This document shows, piece by piece, positions 14,378 to 25,500 of a DNA stretch of 64,000 nt. Below the pieces are notes generated by a model. That model saw only the letters and a list, made by a program, of their open reading frames with translations. It had not been told where the DNA came from and did no database searches. Within the stretch, counting starts at the first letter, position 1, and each line of letters starts with the position of its first letter. The stretch is from the NCBI GenBank assembly GCA_046563655.1, contig CM102290.1:5704001-5768000 (forward strand), read 5' to 3'. The DNA comes from Yuukianura sp. NJ FZ-2021 (Eukaryota). Position numbers and translations under genes: made by a program.

Positions 14378-15690
14378 GATAAAATATTTTAGGCGGAAAT
14401 TTTAAATTCAAAATTTTGAAATTTGAATTTGTCAAATTGAAAGGTTTTAGATTTAGTCGTGATGAATGCCAAAAAGTGACTGGCTGTTTATGTTTTAAGA
14501 ATGGATCTAGGTATATTTTGGAGTTTGAAGTGTTGCCAAAAAGGACGCTGAAGTTGGGAATGGAGGGAGTAACTACTTACCGTACTTGGGTAGGCGAAGG
14601 AAGTGGCAATGAAGATCAAACAAACTGAAGAGTGAAAGTGGGTCACACCCACTATTTGCGGAGGTTCAAGTTATGGTCATGTCTTGAGTAATCTGCAATC
14701 TGCCACTCTCCATTTTCACCTCATCATCATCAAATCATCTTCCGCATCATCACATGCATCAGTCATCATCATCGCTAGGGATCAATTCAAACTTTTTTTG
14801 CTGTTGTTTTAGTTAGAGCGAATCAACCACTGAAAATTCAGGATAGTTTAAGTTAGGAACTGATCAGTTTTATACGGAAATCTTTTTTTATGTAATTTGC
14901 AAAAATTCAGCGTCATATTTGCAAAGTTATCTAAAAAAAAATAAGTAACTGGCGTCATTTGAGGCCAAAGCCCGCGGCTCTTTTTTGAGTTTTGCCATTT
15001 TGCAATTTCAGTTTCAGAATTTGTTCAAAGCAAATTACAATTGAAATTGCGATATTGGCAAAACGCTTAGAATTAAATTAAAGCAATACTACAATGCTTC
15101 AAATTATTCTACCCGAGAGTAAACTAGACATAATTTCAACACTCATCATCTCAGTATTCATAACTAACAAATATTTAACCTTTAAAACAATTAAAAATGA
15201 CCAGTGCCGGTGAATTATTAATTTGTTTTGCAATCGTAGTGCAATTGCCAGTGCAAATGCTTTTCTGAGGAATGAAAGGGAAAATGAAGAGAGAACAAAC
15301 AAATTTTAGTAACACGTCAGCGATTGGACAGCTCTTCGTTAATTCCTTTAAGTTCTTGGAATAATTAGGGTTAATTGAGCAGCAGCAGTCATCCGTCTAC
15401 GGTGAGTTATTGCCCTTACACAATTGTCACATTAACACTTGTTAACCAGCAACTCATCAATCAATTGATTGTCTCCTAATTGATCTCTGTTCTCTGGTTC
15501 CGCTTACAGGTTGGTCAACTAACCCCCATTAAGTCCCACTTTCAAAGGAGCAACGCAAGAGGACAACTGAGCGAGTTTAAGCAAATAGTAATTAACTCCG
15601 CCAAACGTCCGTGTCCATCACTGTTCGTGTCCAGTATCCACTGGCAACTACGTACGTACCATCTACTTACTCCAATCTTACAGGAAAATC

Positions 15691-15839
15691 GGATAAAGTA
15701 AGGCTGATGGTGCCAATGCTGTTTTGCCATGCTAAATGCGGCAAGTTAGATAACAGTTTGGCGTACTTTTTAAACCTAACCTATCCTAAACAATGTAAAT
15801 AACACTAATGGCATTGGCACCATCAACCTTACTCCTACC
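15691..15839. mobile_element. Short MITE-like inverted repeat upstream of the nucleobindin ATG
   Basis: ggataaagtaaggctgatggtgccaatgc (15691-15719) pairs imperfectly with gcattggcaccatcaaccttactcctacc (15811-15839). Confidence 0.5.
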
Positions 15840-15929
15840 GGAAAATCCAATTGGAATATGTTACTCATCTTACCTTTCTTTGGATACTTTTCAGTTCAAA
15901 ATTCTGCATGTGATTTATTCACAACCATA

Positions 15930-18340
15930 ATGAAACTACTACTGCTTCTAGTCTGCTTTGAGCTACTCATCCACAGTTTAGTAGCACCGCCTGTAACTGA
16001 AAAGAAAAAGACAGAAGAACACGAAGATAAAGACAACGATGTCAACTCCAATGTTAGTTTCTAGTGTTGTCACTTTCTACAATTGAATGTTAGTAATTTG
16101 TTTGACTTGATCAGGTGATGGACGTAGAGTACAAGAGATACTTGCAAGAAGTTGTTCAGTTACTCGAGGGCGACGAAGACTTCAAGAAGAAACTCATCGA
16201 AGCTACACCAGAACAAATCAAAGTAAAGCATACAGCTAGTTAATTTGAGTTAATTGTTACAAACCGAATTTTTGAAAGAATTTTGAAATTTCAGAGTGGA
16301 GACATAGCTGAACATGTTGAAGGTTTACATCACGGTCTCCGAACCAAGTTGGACGAGCTGAAGCGACAAGAACTGGAGAGACTGAGGCATCTGGCCATGC
16401 AACAGTACGAATACGACAATCACATTGACAGTAAACATCTAAAAATTGCTCAGCATCTCGATGCTAGCAATCCACATACTTTTGAAATCGAGGATCTTCG
16501 TAAACTAATCATCCATGTAAGTTCCTTTCTTTGATTTTATTTTCTCGTTGTTTAATTTTTTTTTGTCTGTTTAGACTACGAAAGAACTGGAAGCTGCGGA
16601 TGACCAGCGAAAGAAGGAGTTCAAAGAGTACGAGATGCAGAAGGAGCTTACTTACCAAGAGCAACTGAAGCATCTTGACGAGAAGAATCGCATCGAGGCT
16701 GAGAAGCAACATCAAGAAATGATGGCGAAGCACAACAAGCACGCACCTATTCATCATCCTGGAAGTAAAGATCAGTATGAACAAGTGTGGGAGGAACAGG
16801 ATCACATGGCTTCAGACAACTTCAATCCCAAGACGTTTTTCCATCTCCATGACCTGGATGGAAATGGATTCTGGGATCCAGTGGAGGTGAAAGCACTGTT
16901 CAAGAAAGAATTGGACAAGATGTATGACCCCAATGCACCAGAAGATGACCTCAGAGAGAGGTACGAAGAGATGGAAAGAATGAGAGAACATGTCTTCAAC
17001 GAAACAGATGCAAACAGAGATCAGCTCATTTCGTAATGCTCAATTACTCTTTTCTTTCTTTTTTACAATTTTCAAGGTTTTTAATAATTTGTAAATACGT
17101 TTGTACAACGTTTTTGTTGTTTAGGTTTCAAGAATTCTTGGAGCAAACAAAGAAGAAAGAATTCGAAGACGATACACAGTGGGATCCGATTGATCAAAAA
17201 CAACATCCAGTCTACTCAGAAGATGAGTACAGACAGTATGAACGCCAACATGCTGAAGAGATTAGAAGAATGATGGAACAGGGACATGTAAGACCTTATA
17301 CAATGGAAACGTTTCTTTGTCGTTATTTCACATTTCCGATTCCTGAGTAATTTCTTACTTTTTTGGTAACATTTTGAAACCAATCTTCCCAGAGCTACTA
17401 GTTTTAAACATGTTTTTGCTTTTTGTATAAATGGAATTCCGCCATCGTGTTTTTCAGATTTTGATTGTTTTGTTTTGAGCGGCCTTTTTTGATTTTTTTT
17501 TTGCAACCTGTTTTTAGAAATATGCTTTGGGTTTTCTGTTACGTTACTTAATTTTTGAGTAACTAAGAATGTTGAGCTTTTGTGACTGGCGTTATTAACT
17601 AAGTTTAATTTAGTTAACTTTTGTTAATTTTAATTTGCATGAAGATTCCAGCGGCTCCGCCCGGATTCGTGCCCGTGGTCATTCCGCCTCCAGTGGGAAT
17701 TCATCCTGGATCCAATGTATGACAGACGCATGAGATCAAACACTTTCTCTTTTTTTCACCTTCCATAAGTTATTGCTTTGTTTTCTTAACTCCCGGGTGC
17801 TTCCTCATTTCCTAAAGAATGATCGAAGTCATTTGAATTTGTGGATTCTGTTTTTAGATCCCTCCAGGAATTAACCCAAATATGATGCCACAGGGGTATC
17901 ATCCTAATGGGTTCCAGCAGGGATACGCCAATGCTCCACCGCAGTATGGAAACCAGTTCCAAGATCCACATCACCAGCAGTACCAACAACAACAGCAACA
18001 GTATCAACAACAACAGTTCCAACCTCCTCCACAACAACAGCAGTTCCAGCCACCTCCACAACAACAGCAACAGTACCAACCACAACAACAGCAGTTCCAA
18101 GCACCTCCTCAACAGCAACAGCATCAACAACAACAACAGCAGCAGCAGCCTCCACAACAACAGCAGCAGCAGCCTCCACAACAACAGCAGCAACAACCTC
18201 CACTGCAACAACAACCTCCACAACAACAACAACAACAACCTCAAGCCCCGCCTCAACAGCAACAGCAAACTCAACCAGCGGCAACACTTAATCAGGGTTC
18301 GCCGGATCACAACGCCCCTCCCCAGACTGGGCATCACTGA
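15930..18340 (+). CDS. NUCB1: Nucleobindin (NUCB1/2-like secretory EF-hand Ca2+-binding protein) with Q/P-rich tail
   Basis: Exons 15930-16052, 16115-16222, 16295-16516, 16575-17032, 17125-17287, 17645-17716, 17858-18340, all GT-AG and in phase. Signal peptide plus APP, YLQEVV, RTKLDELKRQELERLR, HHPGSKDQ, EF-hands DLDGNGFWD and DANRDQLIS. Confidence 0.93.
17975..18275 (+). repeat. Coding CAA/CAG poly-glutamine/proline repeat
   Basis: Repeated cctccacaacaacagcag units in frame with the last nucleobindin exon. Confidence 0.9.
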
Positions 18341-19639
18341 TTCCTTCATCACTTCATCTCTAGCTTATCTTTTTAAAAAACTTTGTTTCCACAAGTTTTT
18401 TCTCTCTCTTTTGAATCTTACTTTCGGACTTTGGTTTTTTGACATTTTAGTCCGTGTCAACTCAGTTTTTAATTTTTGAAAAATTAGGTTTAATTTCAAA
18501 CGAATCTTGCCGCACATTCTTTTTAGTTTTAACGAAAGACGCTTGAGAGTATTTGAGTATTTCCATTTGTTGTGCTAAAACTCATTTGTGGTGATATTAG
18601 ACAAGTTTCCATCATCATTTAGGTTTGATTTCAGTTAAAGTTCAAGCTCAGGTTAGGCTTACTTAATGGAAGTCAAATAATTGGAAATTAACAAAAAGTA
18701 TTTGATCAATTAAAAACATTCGTACGATAAAATTTTGGAAAAGTGGATGGGGAAAAGGTGTGGAGTTGACGCATAGGGTTTCTGAATGCAATCAAATTGA
18801 AGTTGACGGACGGGAATTTAAATGAAAATGGACGTGGACTCATTTTTTAAAATCATTTTGTAAACATCAGTCACTCTTTTCTAAAAATAAAAATAGTAAA
18901 TTGATTTATGCGGGAGTAGTTCCGTGTGAACAGCAGTTTAAAACAGCATGTCTCCAATTAAGGGGAAGCTGGCATCGTATGCCTGTCTAAACTTTTAGAA
19001 AAATCCAAGGTTGTTTAACCTTGGATTTTTCCCAGTTTTCCCAGTTTTTAGCACAAGTCGCCCCATTTTAAACAACATAATTAAAAAAAAATTGTTCACA
19101 AAAATTTGAGGCGAAGCTACTTCTGCAAAAAAAAAATCGGGAGGTGTGCACCCTGTTTTCAAATGAAGAAGGTGAGTAATTTCCAGTTCCGAAAACGAAG
19201 ATGCGTCACTCTTCCTGGAAGACACAATTAGTTTTTTGGTGCTAGTTGTAAAAACGTGACAAAACATAAGTAAGGTGAAAGTTAGAAATCCCACTTCGGA
19301 ACACATCTTAATCCCACCTTTTCACTATTTTGGAAAGAAGAGGTGAGAACGTAGTATTTGCACAGCCCTTGAGCAATTAAGCCCTGCGTTCCTCCTGCAA
19401 AACACTAATGGAGTAGGATCAATCTGCGATGACACGGAAATGAGGGTGGTGGTTAATGAATTTCACCCAAAGAAGGGGGACGGGGGTTCGAATCCTCCTG
19501 GGAGGAGCAGCGCACTAAAAAAAAAGAAAGCGCCTTTTACCTGGGAGAGAGAAAACGTCTCCACGGTCGTGTTTTGTTGTGCTCCTGGTGTTTGTTCAAC
19601 TTTGACACTCGGAGGGAGATGACCTCTGCTCAAACTTAG

Positions 19640-19894
19640 TTTCAGTAGTGAGGTCAAAGGTCAAACTTTGACTAATTTGTAAGCTGGGTCAAAGGTCAAA
19701 CTTTTAGTATTTTGTAAGTTGAGTGAGCTGGGTCAAAGGTCACATGGTGTGCAGAGCCACGTGACACAAGTTTGTTTTGCGGTGAAAGTGGATTAGTTTT
19801 CACGTTTCACTTTCACGTTTTCACTTTTCACGTGACGAACGAAAAGTTTTTGCAGAACAATTGCGTGGAAGAACCTGTTGATACTTTGGTAAGT
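19640..19894 (+). promoter_or_regulatory. Putative promoter and non-coding first exon of the GRD-like gene
   Basis: Consensus donor TG|GTAAGT at 19889; three (A/G)GGTCAAAGGTCA motifs at 19651, ~19686 and ~19730; candidate acceptor ttcag| at 22443 upstream of ATG 22544. Confidence 0.35.
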
Positions 19895-20456
19895 ACTCAA
19901 AGCGGAAACTCAAATTTGTTCAAGCAACTTTAACAAAAAAAAAAGTTTATTCTGAAAAAGTTTGTTTAAAAAAAAGTTATTTTTCCTAAACAGAATGCGT
20001 TTGTTTATGTAAAAACGTAGACTTAAGTGGATCAGAATTTTAATTCCTTCAAAAACCTGTTTGAACTTAAAATTTGTTTTCAAATTTAAGCCAAGCTTTT
20101 GAAAACTTTGGTTCTCAAAATCTTCGTTTTTGAAAACGTTGTTCTAAAATCTGTTTTTGAAAATCCTAAAATCTTACTTAAAATGTTTCCAAATCCTGCT
20201 CGTGTTGGTCACTACTCGAGAGAGAAAGTCAATTAATAATTGGATTCAACGGGGGGCTTAGGAGGGGATTAAGTCCTTACCCTCTCCTCTCTCCAGCATT
20301 TCCTCCGAGTTACACTGGATTTTGATCTTTTCAAAAATCTAACCATTTACAAATTACATTTTCGATTTCAAAAAAAAAAACCTTTTTTGAAACTCCCACA
20401 ATTTCTCAATTTCTGTCGTTTTTGGCTTTTTTTTTTACTTTCTTTTACTACGCTTA

Positions 20457-20516
20457 CCGTATTTATTGGCGTATAGCGCGCATTTGCGTATAACGCGCAC
20501 TGAAATCTCATTTCCA
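20457..20516 (+). mobile_element. End fragment of the same pogo-like MITE family as 3929-4130
   Basis: ccgtatttattggcgtatagcgcgcatttgcgtataacgcgcactgaaatctcattt resembles the reverse complement of 4073-4125. Confidence 0.5.
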
Positions 20517-22543
20517 GTTTTATTCAATCAGTTTTTGACGTTTCTAAACTTTTTTTGAAAACATGGTAATTTTTAGTAAACTTTTAAAAAAGTTGGAAAA
20601 TTGTGTAGATGTTACGGTGGTGATCCGCATGTTGACAAATAAGGAGTTCATTACATTCATTCTTGAGGAAAGTGGAAAGCGATCTCATCTTGACAATCGC
20701 TCAACCGATTTCAAACTACAATAGCCTCTTTTCATTTTTTGAATTACCCGCCATTCACTTTTTAAATTTAGGCGCCTTTCATTTTTTTGAATTGTGGATT
20801 GATACGGAAGTTGAGATGGAACTGAAAACTAAATTCAATTGAAACCATGGTACCCTTAAGGCACCCCTTCTAAATGACACAAAGATTAAATTCCAAAAGA
20901 AGTTTCAAAAACAAATTTTAAATCAAGACATGACGAAACTTGTTCAAAATTAGTTTAGACTTTGAACAAAACTTTCACCACAAAAAAAGTAAACCCTGTG
21001 GACTTTTTGGGGTTTTTTAAACAAAAAGAAAGTTTTGTGCTAAAAAAGAGAGGTTTATTGCTTTTTCCATAACTTGAAGTTTCACTTTTTTTAAAGTTTG
21101 GGTTTGAATGGCCTAATCAAACATTTCCAAAATGCTAAACACTAAAAACTGTTTTTTTCGAAAATATTTTTTAAGGAGCATTTTGAAAAGGTTTTGTTCA
21201 AAGAGGCTTCGCCTATTAGTTGATTAGTGACTGAATAAACAGTGTTTTCTTTCACTTTCTCAGGGGAAAGTTGGGATTTGAAAACAGTCGAATGTTTTTC
21301 AAAAGACTTTCTTTCAAAGTTTCTAATCAACGCTCCACTTTCACTTTCTTTCCAAATTTCAAAAGTCGACTTCCAAATTTTGCTTTTGTTTTGGAAACTT
21401 ATTCAAAAACAGATTTGGAGAAAAAAAAGTACGAGTGGCAGGCAAACAAGAAGGAAAAAAAGTCAAAGGACGCCAATTTCTGGTAGAAAATGGAACTAGA
21501 TCAAAAGTTTTTTTCCTCGCTTAAAATTTGTTTGAAGTGAGTCAAGTGAACGTGTAACTTGACCTTTGCTGACCTTTGAATTTTGCTTGTGACATTTTTG
21601 TTTTGTAGTTTAATTGAGACAAGGTCTGACAAGAGACTTCGAATCGCTTGAATAAGGCAAGAGAAAGTTAAATTTGAGAAAAAAAAGTGAAAGTGAAGAA
21701 AACGAGGAAATTCTCCAAATTGAGAAAGTGAGCAGAAGTGCTTCAGTAGACGCTTTTCCATAAGTACAGACTAAGCAAATATTTTAGGTCAAACTTAAGC
21801 TTACACTAGTGACCTAGTTTCAGATTTTGTTGGTTAGGTTAAAACTAACGAAAGTGATGAAATCGATGTAAAGTTGGTCACCGACTGTATATTGCAAAAA
21901 AAGAGAGAGAAAAATACTTGTCTGGAATGGGACTCAAACCCACATCTTACGGTTCCGGCAAGGTTCCTTGACAACCGAATTGTATTCCTACAATAGATTG
22001 TCCAATAACTCAGGATTTTAAAAAATCCCGAATAAATAATTCTTTTCCTCCAATTTTCTTCCAATTTCAATTACACAACATCTAAACAATTACCATAGAA
22101 AGCTGCAGGAGAAAATTTTCGACGAATTTTTTTAAACAATTTTCAAAACATTGAGTTATTGGACAACCTGGTGTAGAAAATTTTTTTTTTTTTGTTAACG
22201 AACCTTGGGTTCCGGGGTAATCGCTCTTCCCATTGAGCTACCCACCCAGTTACAGTACCTTCCTGCTCTCAGATCCTACCTACACTATGGTAGAGTGATT
22301 TAGGGTGAAAGTTTTGTGTGAAACATTGTGAGCAACGCTGTATTTTCTCATTCGTTCGGGATTTAGAGCGTCTGGAGCAGACAGGTCCTCATTTGATCGC
22401 ATTTGCCTGTTTAAGTCTCCCCAATTTCTTTATTTAATTTCAGACCAATTGTACAAGTTGTCCAAGGCTTTCCAGCACTTTTTCTCTCCAGTGGTGGACA
22501 TAATGGACATAATGGACACAATGGACGGTGGACGGCAGAAACA

Positions 22544-25500
22544 ATGATGGGCATAAACATTTGTTGCTTCCTCGTCCTCACCCTCCTCCCATCCCGGTAA
22601 CAGCACAAACCAATCTCCACAAACAACACAACGACCCAATTCAATTAAACTTTCATTTGTGCCCAAATTTTAGCAACTTCGTTTTTTGAAATTGAAATTC
22701 ATGAATTTTTTAATTTGTAGAGCAAAATCAAAAGACAGTAGTCACAGAAATGTGTCTGAACTGTTGGACAATTTACTCAAGGGATACGACAACAGTGTAA
22801 GTACAACTTCACATTTTGTTGAAGAGATTTCAAAATTTCCAATTTTAGTTGCTAAGTTTAGAAATTTTGTAAAATTTTACAAATGGGTTTTCTTTCTTTG
22901 TAGGTTCGCCCTGACTTTGGAGGTAATTTTACACAGTGGATCAGGTTGTAAGCACAAATTCCGAAAAATGAAAAGAGCAAATTGTTTCAATTTTTTTTTG
23001 AAATTTTCTTATTTTTTGTCATTTTTTTTGTGGTTTTTGGTTTTTGACTTTGTCATGAGTTGGATGAGCTGACTTGACAAAAGATAGAATAGGATGTGAA
23101 AGTGCCCTTGTCTCTGCATTGTCTTTTCCCCTGACTAATGATCTACTAAAGAGCGTCCTTCTGCTCTTTTCAAATTTCAAAATCTCCCGGGACACATCAC
23201 ATCTAATACAACATGTAACAACTTTCACAACCTACAACTTTTACAAATTGAACAACAATTTAACACCCTACTAGGCATATATTCAACAAAAGTCTAAGGA
23301 TTTTTAACATTTAAAAAAAACAAGAGAAAAGGATTTGAAACCGATGTTGCCACTTAAGGCTGCGACAGAAGCAAAAAAAGTTGATTCCAGATTTTATTAA
23401 CAAAGTTTTTTATTTTGAATTTTTTTCATGGAGAAACATGGAGTAAATCTCTTTTAAATTGAAAACAAAACTAAAAAGTTGGGGAGAGAAGACAGGATTT
23501 GTGTCACACTGTCTATGTTCTATTGATTAAATGAAAATTTCTATCAAAAAAAAAAAAAGAAAAAAAATGAAGATTTCGAAAAGAAAATTACTATTTAACT
23601 ATTATTACTCTGTTGTTTCCCTAAAGGAAATATATTTCATTAAAATTTAGCCTAAAAATGATTTAGAAAATGAGTGACTCGGGAGTCATTTACAAGAGAG
23701 AAAATACAAACTTGACTTTGTGTTACCGTAAGGCTCCAAATACGGCTTCAAAGTCTTACGGATGTTTTGATATGATAAAGTATCTGTATAGTTCTTTAAG
23801 AAAGTGGGCCCCTAAAAGAACTCTAACGGTATTTAGAGTGCTTTTAGTCTCGAGCCCGTATTCCTGTCGGAGCCTCCTATGAGGAGATTTGCGGTATTTT
23901 GCTAAACGTTGGTTTTGTAATGTTGTGAAATATGAAAGTGAAGGCAATTGGGAGTTGAATGTTTTCGGGCGCGTATTCCAATCGGATCCTTTTATGAGGA
24001 GATTTACGGTATTTTGCTAAATGTTGGTTTTGGAATGTTGTGGAAGGTGAAAGTGAAGACATTTGGGAGTTGAGTAAATTAGACAAAGGAGAAAGCGGGT
24101 TTTTCCCACGGTGTGGCTCCCCTTGTTCCCACGCCTTACCTCACCAAGTAATTTTGTGCTTTTGATTCAATTTGCTGTCTATTCGGAGTGTCCTTTGATG
24201 AATATGGAACACAATTCACAACTTCAATTTAAGAAGTATGAACAGAAGTTTGGAGGCTGCGAGATGAAAGAATTTGGGCAAAGTGGAACCTTCATTGTCT
24301 TTTCACAGGAATGCTCCCACTCTCCAACTCAAGTCAAAGGCAGCTCAACTTTCACGACGCAAAAAATCCCAAAAAAAATTTAACTTGAAAGTTGAATTGA
24401 AAAAAGTTGTGTATTTTCTGTCGTTGGAAACCGTTCAGGTTACGTGAAAGATCCAATAATCAAAATTTCTTCATCCCAAGTAATTGCCTCGTTTACCTCT
24501 TCTTCTTCTATCTATTTTCTTGATCTTCCCCATGGCGACATTCACGGCGACATTCATGTCCACATTCACGACCATAAGAAATTTGCGTAGCCAGACATTT
24601 TACAAAAAAAAGCAGTTTAAAAAGTTGGACTTTGCTCAGGGGAAGAAGATTTTTTTTTAAATGTTTTTAGATTATTCGATTGCAAAAATTTTTTATGAAC
24701 TTTTTTTTCGACTTTTTTTTTGAAACAGGTTCTCCTACAGTTGTGGAGATTGACATTATGGTGCGATCGATGGGTCCAGTGTCTGAAACTGAAATGGTAA
24801 GTACAATCTCAAGTGTATTTACATTTTGAAATTTAAAATTGAAAACCAACAACAAAAAAAGGACAAGAGAAGAATTGGAAACTGTGACGAAAGTTGACCT
24901 TTCATATGAAATGGACGTTATTCATGGAGAACCTAACCTTAGCCTAATGTTAGCCTAACCTTAACCTAACGTGGTGGGTGAAAGGAAGGGCGGAACACTT
25001 TTGATTCCCCAAGGGAACAAAAACTTTGCAACTTTCTCATCCGTTTACTTTATCTCCCAAACCCACAGACTCATCTTCAAATCACACTCACAATCCAATC
25101 ACAACAGCCAACTTTTTCAAAAAAACTCAAAAAAAAATTATTTTTTTTTGAAAAACTGGACCTCTGACATGACCTCTGTGCTTCACCATTTCACGGTGCT
25201 TTGAGGATCATTAGGCTCATAAATCACAAAATTCACGTTTTCATGCTGCGTGTTTCTCAAAATCAATTTCATGGATCAATAATTCACAAAGTTTGGGTGA
25301 GTCAGAGGAAGAGACACTGATTAGGTTAGTCAGGTTATTCAGGTTAGTTAGGTTATGTTTCAATTAAGGTTTTGCAAACATACGCACTTTTTAACAGGTC
25401 TAAGCATGTAGTTTATTACCTTTATTCCAACATTTCCACTAATCACTTTCTCTACTTTCTCCTCTCTCACATATTTTCAAAATTTAAAACTTTAATTAAA

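Noticed and set aside
17786..18479. Poly-Leu, poly-Val and poly-Asn/Ser ORFs
   Set aside because: Alternate frames and strands of the nucleobindin CAA/CAG repeat.
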